Assembly (NCBI GenBank): GCA_033762715.1 | Contig: JANRLL010000016.1 | Coordinates: 26,029-90,028, forward strand | DNA from: Rickettsiales bacterium | GTDB lineage: Bacteria > Pseudomonadota > Alphaproteobacteria > Rickettsiales > SXRF01 | Length of the DNA: 64,000 bases | Direction: 5' to 3' | In this document: positions 1 through 8,900 of the stretch, piece after piece | Layout: each line of letters begins with the position of its first letter | Position numbering within the stretch: position 1 is the first letter of the stretch | Notes under the pieces: generated by a model | The model's database searches: none | The model's input: the letters and a program-made list of their open reading frames with translations, nothing else | What the model was told of the DNA's origin: nothing | Translations under genes and position numbers: made by a program

Positions 1-759
1 CTCGAGCTTAGCGTCGTGCTCGTCATTATTTCGGTATTGTTGGCGGGAGGTGCTACCATATTTGCAACCTCCCTGCAAAAGCGCCAGCTGGATGAAACCA
101 ATGCCAAGATGGTGGCCATTCAAGCCGCACTGCTTGATTTTCGCCGCGCCAATAATCGTTTACCTTGTCCCGCCGATATTACGCTTGGGCTTACCTCAGC
201 GAGCTTTGGCGTGACAGCCGCCATCAACGGCGGACAATGTTCGGGTGGTTCGCCTGCCAGTAACTTTACGCTTGCATCACCACTGCTTGCAGGTGGCATG
301 GTGCCGGTGCGCACGCTCAATCTTCCCGATGACTATGCATTTGATGGTTGGGGACGGCGCATCCTCTATGTCATCTCCTCCGCCTATACAGCAACCGATG
401 CATTCTCTACCTATTCCATTACTTCGCCTGCTGCGGGGGCTACTGTGTATGATGGGTATGGCACAGCCGCAGGTAACACTAAAATCAGTGCTGCGGTCTA
501 TGTGCTAGTCAGCATGGGGGCGAATGGACATGGCGCTTATCCGCGCGCAGGCGGCAGCACTCGCATCAATACCGCATCTGCCAACACCTATGAACTGGAA
601 AATTGCGAATGCAACAGCTCAGGTGTTTCTGGAACATTCGATCAATATTTTCATCAGAAGATTTTTACACTTGATCCTGCCACGGCCAATCGCACCAATG
701 ATTTTGACGACATCGTCGTCTATGCCAGCCGCGGGCAAGTGCGTTCGCTCAACGAATAG
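1..759 (+). CDS. Prepilin-type N-terminal (type IV pilin / T2SS pseudopilin-like) protein, 5'-truncated by window edge
   Basis: Frame is open from base 1: LELSVVLVIISVLLAGG matches the class III signal peptide pattern (G-F-T-L-L-E-L...). GspG-like DGWGRRILY motif and paired Cys. Confidence 0.75.
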   Translation, partial: LELSVVLVIISVLLAGGATIFATSLQKRQLDETNAKMVAIQAALLDFRRANNRLPCPADITLGLTSASFGVTAAINGGQCSGGSPASNFTLASPLLAGGMVPVRTLNLPDDYAFDGWGRRILYVISSAYTATDAFSTYSITSPAAGATVYDGYGTAAGNTKISAAVYVLVSMGANGHGAYPRAGGSTRINTASANTYELENCECNSSGVSGTFDQYFHQKIFTLDPATANRTNDFDDIVVYASRGQVRSLNE

Positions 760-774
760 GCTTAGCTTGAATCC

Positions 775-1365
775 CTAGGCCACCCAGCTGCGAATTTTTT
801 GTTTCGCTTTCTCGATTTTCATCACATCTTCAATGCGACGATCTAAGAAAGCCCAGCTTGCTTCCTGGCTTGGGCTTGTATCATCAAGCCAGAATAGCAC
901 CGTTGCCGTATACACCGCTGCAAGCGTCAGGCGCTTGGTGTAGAAATTAAAATCAGTCGAATTATCGCCGATGCCGTGCCAGATGGTGTCGACCGTGCGG
1001 TATAGATTTTTCATACCGTGCATCGCATAAAAGGGCAGTGATTGCATGGTAACGGCTTTGCGCAAGGCTTCGCGATGCTCTGCGTGCAGCTCAATGCGCA
1101 GCCGAACGGCCGTTGCAATGCGCGCGCGGATTTTCATGGTGTCCAAGCTGTAGCTTTGCAGGCGAGCAACCAGCTCCTCATCGCCTTGCTGCATAAAACA
1201 ATCAACCGCTTCGATCGCGCCATTGGGAAATACGCGAATCGCGTCGGTCTTTCGATAACCTGCTGCATGTGCAGCTTTAGACAGGGTCGCTTGCGTCCAT
1301 CCCTCAAAAGGAACGAGCGGCAAGGCCTGTTCGATAATCTGTTTGGCGGCGAGTTGTTTATCCAT
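775..1365 (-). CDS. COQ9 family ubiquinone-biosynthesis protein
   Basis: Motifs VPFEGWT, IW..IGDNSTDFNFYTKRLTL and SWAFLDRRIEDVM are typical of alphaproteobacterial COQ9. Confidence 0.85.
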   Translation of the reverse strand: MDKQLAAKQIIEQALPLVPFEGWTQATLSKAAHAAGYRKTDAIRVFPNGAIEAVDCFMQQGDEELVARLQSYSLDTMKIRARIATAVRLRIELHAEHREALRKAVTMQSLPFYAMHGMKNLYRTVDTIWHGIGDNSTDFNFYTKRLTLAAVYTATVLFWLDDTSPSQEASWAFLDRRIEDVMKIEKAKQKIRSWVA

Positions 1366-1378
1366 AGGCTGGATAATA

Positions 1379-2716
1379 CTAGCTTGCGACTAAATGCGCA
1401 AATCGTGGATGTTCTGGCGTCTCGATGCGCAGGCAATGCTTAGGCAGCGTGAAATACACGGTGGTGCCGACATCGACCTTACTGATAATCTTTACATTGC
1501 CACCATGCAACGCAATGAATTCCTTAGTTAAAGCCAAGCCCAAGCCAATACCTTGGTTATTGGTGGCGGCTGACCAGCAGCTTTCTTCTTTCAGGGCGCC
1601 AAGGATGAGGTTGAGTTTTCCGCGGGGGATACCGCTGCCATTATCACGAATACGCACGATCAGTTCTTCATCCTGCGAGATGGCCGCTTCGATGCTGATC
1701 ATGTCGCCTTTGCTGCTATGGCGGATGGCGTTGGCGATCAGATGGCCGATGATATGTTGCAATTTCAGGCGATCGACATACAGCAACGGATCGTCTTGCG
1801 GAATTTGGTATTGAATGCTGATGCCAGCGGAGGCCGCGTGATGCGCCTGCGAGTGGGTGGCGTGTTGGATGATGTCGCCTAGATAGGCTTCGCTTTTATC
1901 AAGCCCGACACGGCCAGCATCGATATTGGCAATCTCCAGCAAATCTTCGATCTTCGACAGCAAGTCATAGCCGCTTTCTTGGATATGTTTGATATATTCC
2001 AGATATTGCGGGTTGCCGATTTTGCCAAACATTTGGCTGTCTATAATCTGCGAAAATCCAATCACGGCATTAAGCGGCGTGCGCAGGTCATGGCTCATAT
2101 TGGCTAAGAATTCCGAGCGCGCGCGCAGTGCCAATTCGGCTTCCAGCTTAGCTTTTTGCAGGGTGTTTTGCGTCACCATGCTCTCGTTGATATTCTCGAT
2201 GATGCAAACTTTTTCGTCGCTATCATTGTGATTATTATGCACGAGGAACAGATACCACTGCCAATTGCCATCGCCATGCTGCAATTTGCAGCGCAGGCTT
2301 TGTGGCTTGTCACCGATGGTTTTGCTGGCTAAGAGCTCGCGCAGGCGCTGATGATAATCACTGTGGATGATGCTATAAACCGAATCGCCAGCTGCCATCG
2401 CCATGTCGTGTCCGGTGATGGTTTCAAAATTTTTCGACACATAGCTGCAGCCTTTTTCAGCGCTGAGCAGGCATAAAATCTGTGTGCCATATTGGCTGAG
2501 ATAATCGTATTTTTCTTTGGATGAAAGCGTGGTTTGGTAGCGCTCAGCCGCCTCCAGAATGGAAATCAGCTGATCGATTTGGGCTTTTTCGTCGGTTTTT
2601 TCTTCAAAAATCGGAGCTGTTGGGGTCAAAATGGGCTCGGAAGGCGACGAGGGGAGCTCCGTTTGCGTATCGGAGAGGTGTTTTAGGTAGTTATTCCAGA
2701 AATCTATAAACAACAC
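1379..2716 (-). CDS. Cytoplasmic PAS-domain sensor histidine kinase, PleC/DivJ-like
   Basis: PAS (YVSKNFETITG...IIHSDY), H-box FLANMSHDLRTPLNAVIGFS, G1/G2 boxes DNGSGI and GIGLGL. No TM helix. GTG start position uncertain. Confidence 0.85.
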   Translation of the reverse strand: MLFIDFWNNYLKHLSDTQTELPSSPSEPILTPTAPIFEEKTDEKAQIDQLISILEAAERYQTTLSSKEKYDYLSQYGTQILCLLSAEKGCSYVSKNFETITGHDMAMAAGDSVYSIIHSDYHQRLRELLASKTIGDKPQSLRCKLQHGDGNWQWYLFLVHNNHNDSDEKVCIIENINESMVTQNTLQKAKLEAELALRARSEFLANMSHDLRTPLNAVIGFSQIIDSQMFGKIGNPQYLEYIKHIQESGYDLLSKIEDLLEIANIDAGRVGLDKSEAYLGDIIQHATHSQAHHAASAGISIQYQIPQDDPLLYVDRLKLQHIIGHLIANAIRHSSKGDMISIEAAISQDEELIVRIRDNGSGIPRGKLNLILGALKEESCWSAATNNQGIGLGLALTKEFIALHGGNVKIISKVDVGTTVYFTLPKHCLRIETPEHPRFAHLVAS

Positions 2717-2942
2717 CCTGAACTTCCTGTATTTATTCGATCCATGCTCGAACCAGATAAAATTTATTTAAAATTTTATCTATTATTTACAGAAAATTCA
2801 TATTTGCCGCAGCAACTATATCTAGTATCTCCCAGAAATTAGATAAGAAAACCTAGTGATGTTGCCTTAATGCAACAAATGGCAAATTTGTTCCGGCTAA
2901 GGAATAAATAATAAATAGTTCAAATAGCGGTTGCAGGCATTC

Positions 2943-3200
2943 TTATGAGGCCAGCAGTGGATCGAGTTTTCCAGCACGATCCAGGGCCTGCAAATCATCA
3001 AATCCACCGATATGCTGATCGTTGATAAAAATCTGCGGCACGGTTTTGCGGCCACCTGATTTTTCCATGAACTCACGTTGCAACGCTTCGCTATGGGTAA
3101 CGTCGATTTCGGTATAGGTCTGGCCTTTGCGCTCTAGCAGCTGTTTTGCGCGTACGCAATAAGGGCAATAGTCTTTTGAATAGATCACAATATTGGTCAT
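2943..3200 (-). CDS. grxC: Glutaredoxin 3
   Basis: CPYC active site, TVPQIFI and GGFDDL motifs. Start adjusted to MTNIVIY at 3200. Confidence 0.95.
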   Translation of the reverse strand: MTNIVIYSKDYCPYCVRAKQLLERKGQTYTEIDVTHSEALQREFMEKSGGRKTVPQIFINDQHIGGFDDLQALDRAGKLDPLLAS

Positions 3201-3220
3201 ATATGCTCCTTGATCTCTAT

Positions 3221-4261
3221 TTATATAGTCGCATTTTTTAGTTCGCCAAGTGCCCAAGCGGCCATTTCAGAAACCAGTTCGCAATTATCGCTAAGCAAGG
3301 GTTCAACGCGCGCAATAAGGCTTGGATCATTACTATTACCCACAGCAACCAGCACGTTACGCACGAAGCGATCGCGGCCAATGCGTTTGATCGGTGATTT
3401 GCGAAACAGTTCGCGAAAAGCGGAATCATCCAGCGATACTAATTGTTTGAGCGGCACGTTCTTATAGGCATCACGTGCATGATAGGCCGTCTCTTGGGAG
3501 GTTTGCGCGAATTTATTCCATGGGCAAACGGCCAGGCAATCATCGCAACCATAAATACGGTTACCGATGGCTTTGCGAAACTCGAGTGGAATTTGTCCTT
3601 TATGCTCATTGGTAAGATAGGCAATACAGCGCGTAGCTTCCAACTTGCCAGGTGCGGTGATGGCCTGGGTGGGGCAGATGTCAATGCAGGATGTGCAGCG
3701 TCCGCAATGATCTTTTTCTGCTGCATCGAATTCGAGTGATAAGGTCGTAAACACACTACCTAAAAACAACCAGCTGCCAAACTCGCGCGAGACGAGGCAG
3801 CTATGTTTTCCCTGCCAACCGATACCTGCTTGTGCGGCGAGCGCTTTTTCCATCACCGGCGCGGTATCGACAAACAACTTAACATCACACGCATGTTCGC
3901 TCACCAACCATTGCGCAAACAGTCGCAGCTTCTTTTTGATGATATCGTGATAGTCATCACCCAGCGCATAGCAGGAAATATTGCCGATGGTGGTCTGATG
4001 TAATTTATCAAGCGGGTTCTCATCTGGTCCGTAATTATGGCCGACCATGATAATGGATTTGGCTTCAGGCCATAGAGCTAGCGGGTCTTTACGCAGTTCA
4101 GCTTTAGTTGCCATCCAGCTCATATCGCCGTGATGCGATTGAGCGAGGTAATGATCGAGCTGCGCTTTGTCGCGTTCGGGAAGAGAAGGGTGAGTAATTT
4201 TTACGACATCGAAACCGAGTGACTGCGCGTAGCGCTTAATATCAGAAGTCAGGGTTTTCAT
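3221..4261 (-). CDS. queG: Epoxyqueuosine reductase
   Basis: YALGDDYH, FVDTAPVMEK, CGRCTSCIDICPT and GCDDCLAVCPWN [4Fe-4S] motifs. Start adjusted to MKTLTSD at 4261. Confidence 0.95.
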   Translation of the reverse strand: MKTLTSDIKRYAQSLGFDVVKITHPSLPERDKAQLDHYLAQSHHGDMSWMATKAELRKDPLALWPEAKSIIMVGHNYGPDENPLDKLHQTTIGNISCYALGDDYHDIIKKKLRLFAQWLVSEHACDVKLFVDTAPVMEKALAAQAGIGWQGKHSCLVSREFGSWLFLGSVFTTLSLEFDAAEKDHCGRCTSCIDICPTQAITAPGKLEATRCIAYLTNEHKGQIPLEFRKAIGNRIYGCDDCLAVCPWNKFAQTSQETAYHARDAYKNVPLKQLVSLDDSAFRELFRKSPIKRIGRDRFVRNVLVAVGNSNDPSLIARVEPLLSDNCELVSEMAAWALGELKNATI

Positions 4262-4910
4262 AATAAACAGGGGGGCGCACACCACGTACACGTTCACTCA
4301 AAATGCAGCGAAGCGACGGGCGCGATTTCATCAGCGCATACCAATCACGCGCAGCACGGTTATATTCCCAGGGCACATCGCCAATATAATCCAACGCTGA
4401 CAAATGCGCAGCAGCGGCCAGATCGGCCAGTGTCAATTTGTCACCCGCCAAGAAATAACGCTCGCTAGCCAGATGCCCCACATAATCCAGATGATACAGA
4501 ATATTGGTTTTGCCGGCGCGAATAGCAGTCGAGCAAGGTTGGCCACCGTTGAAATAATGTTTGAAGGCTTTTTCGAACAGAATATTGCGTGTCACTTCAT
4601 AATCAAATTTATGATCAAACCAATCGACCAAGCGGCGCGTCTCTGCGCGTTCATTCGGTGTCTCGCCCAGCAGGTTCGTATTGATATAGGTATCTTCTAA
4701 ATACTCGCCGATCGCATAAGCACCCGAGACCACTGTGCCATCTTCTTCGACTAACACTGGCACTTCACCGGCGGGATTCAGGGCAAAAAAGTCTAAATTT
4801 CGGTCCCACGGGTTCTCTTGAACCAGCTGAAATTCCAATCCCTTCTCGCCGAGTAACATGCGGATTTTTCGGCAGAAAGGAGACATAGGTGTATGATAGA
4901 GCAAACGCAT
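4242..4910 (-). CDS. fzlA: Glutathione S-transferase family protein, FzlA-like (FtsZ-binding)
   Basis: SPFCRKIR, LNPAGEVPVL, LADLAAAAHLSALDY.GDVPW and YA.MKSRPS motifs. The GST-queG adjacency is typical of alphaproteobacteria. Confidence 0.75.
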   Translation of the reverse strand: MRLLYHTPMSPFCRKIRMLLGEKGLEFQLVQENPWDRNLDFFALNPAGEVPVLVEEDGTVVSGAYAIGEYLEDTYINTNLLGETPNERAETRRLVDWFDHKFDYEVTRNILFEKAFKHYFNGGQPCSTAIRAGKTNILYHLDYVGHLASERYFLAGDKLTLADLAAAAHLSALDYIGDVPWEYNRAARDWYALMKSRPSLRCILSERVRGVRPPVYYENPDF

Positions 4911-4921
4911 GTAAATAAATA

Positions 4922-4948
4922 TTAACGAAGTTCTAACTCTGTGTTAAC
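4922..4948. promoter_or_regulatory. Tandem CtrA-like binding sites (three half-sites)
   Basis: TTAAC(4922)-CTAAC(4933)-TTAAC(4944) at 11-bp period, giving two overlapping TTAA-N7-TTAA boxes with one mismatch each. Confidence 0.6.
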
Positions 4949-5002
4949 TTGTATCCAGTTATATTGTACTCGCGCCCTAACGGCAAGCAGGAGATGAAGT
5001 GA

Positions 5003-5992
5003 ATGGAGATTATTCAATCAGCAACCGATCAGTCCATTACCGTCAAATTTGAAGACGAGTATAGTACAACTGTTGCGCGCTTCATTATGTTGATGTCAGG
5101 TATGCCACCTGAGCAAATGGGCATTGCGCCTAAAAATATCGAAGACCGATTTAAAGGCACTGAGCTGCATATTACTGAAACAGGGCCGGAAGAATTTTAT
5201 GAGATGTATAGTAGTGGCAAGCGGGTATTGGATCGCCTGACTAATGCGATGGCGGAATTGGGTATCGAAAATCCTGTGATTACTACTCCACTGCATGCTG
5301 TGCCCAGCAAAGAAGCGCATAAGTTTGATGTAAAGATGGTGCCGACCATCAGTATCAAAAAATCAGATTATACTAGTGAATACGCCGGCAAAAAGCTGAT
5401 GAAAGTTCTGATTGATTATGGGGTGACCGAAGGTACGATTGCAGGCGCTGTATTGGATGAGCAGCGCACTCTTAATGCTATGAAGGATGTGCAAAAACGT
5501 ATTGAGGGTCAAGGTCATTTGACCGATGCGAATCAATCGGCAATTGAGCGTGACCATGTACAGCAGATTTTGCTGACCAGCGCGTTAGACGATATTAATA
5601 TTGCCTGGGAATCAAGCTCGGCCATTTCACGCCTTAATCGCGCAGCTGAAGCGTTGGAAAAAGCGCCTGAAGAAAATAAAGCCCGTCAAGACGCTAAAGC
5701 AAGGGAGCAACAGCTTGCCACCGAACAACAAGCGCAGCAAACCGCATTGGTAAAACCTGCAGAAAAACTGCCTGTCGCACAACCTGCGCAACCACAACCA
5801 ACCGCGCCAAAACCGGTAGCACCCTCCGCTACGACCATAGCTAGAAAACCCGAAGGTCCGCCGCCGCCAAGCCAAATATCAAAACGTCCATCGCCGGCTG
5901 ATCTTGCTCGGCAAGCCAAAGAGATGATGGATAAAGGACAAAATCCTTTCGGACCAAACCGCAATAGCGGTTCTAAGCCACCGCACCGCTAG
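5003..5992 (+). CDS. Hypothetical protein with coiled-coil and Pro-rich C-terminal tail
   Basis: 329-aa ORF with a SD-like GGAG upstream. No recognisable domain. Its 3' end overlaps the gltB stop by 20 bp. Confidence 0.65.
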   Translation: MEIIQSATDQSITVKFEDEYSTTVARFIMLMSGMPPEQMGIAPKNIEDRFKGTELHITETGPEEFYEMYSSGKRVLDRLTNAMAELGIENPVITTPLHAVPSKEAHKFDVKMVPTISIKKSDYTSEYAGKKLMKVLIDYGVTEGTIAGAVLDEQRTLNAMKDVQKRIEGQGHLTDANQSAIERDHVQQILLTSALDDINIAWESSSAISRLNRAAEALEKAPEENKARQDAKAREQQLATEQQAQQTALVKPAEKLPVAQPAQPQPTAPKPVAPSATTIARKPEGPPPPSQISKRPSPADLARQAKEMMDKGQNPFGPNRNSGSKPPHR

Positions 5993-8900
5993 AGGATTTC
6001 TGGCTTTGCGATAAAGGTTGCTCGAGGCGGCTTACCATTTCTTTCGGACAGATTTGCCAGAATTTAGGCAGCTCCCATTCAAACCCAGCCAAGATATTTT
6101 CTGCGCGCATGCTGCCGGTTTCAGCGTAATGCTCAGCTAGCAAGTTTTTCAGCACATTCTGCCAATGCTCGCTTTCAATGCGCTGATACACCACGGTGTC
6201 GGCATTAACGCGCGCTTCGAAATTATTGTTCACATCATAGATAAACGCCATGCCGCCGGTCATGCCCGCCGCAAAATTATGGCCGACTTCACCTAAGATC
6301 ACGGCAAATCCGCCGGTCATATATTCGCAGCCATTGCTGCCGCAACCTTCGACCACGGCAGTTGCGCCGGAGTTGCGCACGGCAAAACGTTCGCCGGCTT
6401 GACCGCTGGCAAATAGCTTACCAGCCGTTGCACCGTACAGCACGGTGTTGCCGATGATGGTGTTGTCATGCGGGATAAGCTGGCTCGATGGGCGAGGGCG
6501 TACGATAATGGTGCCACCTGAGAGGCCCTTGCCAACATAATCATTGGCATCGCCAAACAGTTCGATTTTCAAACCGCGCACGGCAAATGCGCCCAGCGAC
6601 TGACCGGCCGAGCCACGCAGGCGCAGCAAAATATGATCGGGCTGCAAGGTGGCAGTATCGAAGCGGCGCGTCATCATGGAAGATAAGCGCGTACCTACCG
6701 CACGTAATGTATTTTTGACCGTGTAGGCGAGCTGAATTTTTTCGCCGCGCTCCAATGCGCCACGCGCATCTTTGAGCATTTGCGCATCAAGCGTATCGGG
6801 CACTTCATTGCGACCACTTAAGGTGAAATAACGCGCTTGCGATCCGGCATCGGCTTGCGCGAGCAAGCTGTTAAGATCGAGATCCACCAAGTCTTCACTG
6901 CCGCGGCTCACTTGCGCAAGCAGATCGGAACGGCCGATTACTTCATTGAGCGTTTTAAAGCCGAGCGAAGCTAAAATTTCGCGCACTTCTTCTGCCACAA
7001 AGCTCAGTAGATTTACGACCTTATCGACACTGCCTTCAAATTTTGCGCGTAGTTCTGGATCTTGCGTGGTGAGGCCTACGGGACAGGTGTTGCTGTGGCA
7101 TTGGCGAACTAAAATGCAACCCATGGCAACGAGTGCGGCGGTGCCCAGCGCATATTCTTCGGCGCCTAGCATTGCAGCAATCACAATATCGCGACCGATT
7201 TTTAAGCCGCCATCGGTTTGCAGTTTCACGCGGTGGCGCATACGATTCAAGGTGAGGACTTGATTGGCTTCAGCTAGCCCCATCTCCCACGGAATACCAG
7301 CATGTTTCACGCTTGACCAAGGCGAAGCACCGGTGCCGCCGGAGTGACCGGCAATGACAATTTTGTCGGCCATGGCTTTGGCAACGCCGGATGCAATAGT
7401 GCCAATACCCGATTGCGCAACCAGCTTCACCGATACCATGGCAAAAGGATTGATTTGCTTTAAATCATAAATGAGCTGGGCGAGATCCTCGATCGAATAA
7501 ATATCATGATGCGGCGGTGGCGAAATGAGCATCACGCCAGGTGTAGCATGGCGCAAGCGCGCAATCTCTAAGGTGACTTTAAAGCCAGGTAATTGGCCGC
7601 CTTCGCCAGGCTTAGCGCCTTGCGCCACTTTAATTTGCAATTCGCTGGCGCTGTTTAAATACTCCGCTGTTACACCAAAACGCGCTGAGGCGATTTGTTT
7701 GATGGTCGAGTTGGCATTATCGCCGTTGGCTTTTGGTTTATAACGCTCGGGCCCTTCACCACCTTCGCCGGAGTTTGAGGTGGCGCCAATGCGGTTCATG
7801 GCAATGGCCAAGGTTTCATGCGCTTCTGGTGAGAGCGCACCTAGCGACATGGCGGGTGCCACAAAACGTTTGCGAATTTCGGTAATCGACTCCACCTGCT
7901 CGATCGGTACCGGTTGATGGGGCGAGCGGAAATCGAGTAAGTCGCGGATATGAATTGGAGGCAGCGCACGCACGCCGTCGCTATATTGTTTGAACAGCTG
8001 ATACGAGCCTTTATTCACGGCGCTTTGCAGCAGATGCACCAGCGTGCCTTCCCAAGCATGTTGCTCACCGCCAACGCGTGCGCGGTAAAACCCGCCCACC
8101 GGCAAGGTTTCCACGCTGCCGCCAGCAAAAGCTTTTTCATGCACGGCGCGAGCGCGCTTTTCAATGCCAGAGAGACCAATGCCCGAAATGCGCGAAGGTA
8201 AACCTGGGAAAAATTCTGCCACTAAGGCGCGCGACAAACCAATGGCTTCAAAATTGAGTCCGCCGCGATAGGCGCTGATAATGGAGATGCCCATTTTCGA
8301 CATGATCTTAAGCAGGCCTTGTCCCATCGCCTCACGGTAATTAGCGAGCACCTCCGGCAATTTCTTAGGGCCAAACAAGCCGCGCTTATGCCGATCGCTC
8401 AGCGTTTGCTCAGCCAGGTAAGGGTTGACCACCGTCGCACCCACGCCGATCAACACGGCGCAGCTATGCACCTCGATGCATTGCGCGGTGCGCACTAAAA
8501 TAGAGGCTTTTTTGCGCAGCTTGTTTTTCACCAAATGACTATGCACAGCCGAAGCCGCTAAGATCATTGGAATGGCGGCATGCTGCTCATCCATTTTTTC
8601 ATCGGTGAGCACCAGATAGTTTTTACCCGCCTTTAGATAAGCTTCCGCTTGCTGGACGATGCGCTCAATGGCGCCGCGCAAATCATCGCTACCCACATCA
8701 AACAACGTATCGATCTCGCCGATGCGTTCGCTGTAATGGCGCTTGATCACATCCATTTCCTGGCTGAGCAGCACCGGTGTTTCGGCAAGCAGGATGTGGC
8801 TATGGGTATGATCGAGGGCGAGGTAATTACCATCATTGCCAAAGCGCGTGAGCAAGCTCATCACACGACGTTCGCGCAGTGAATCAATTGGCGGATTGGT

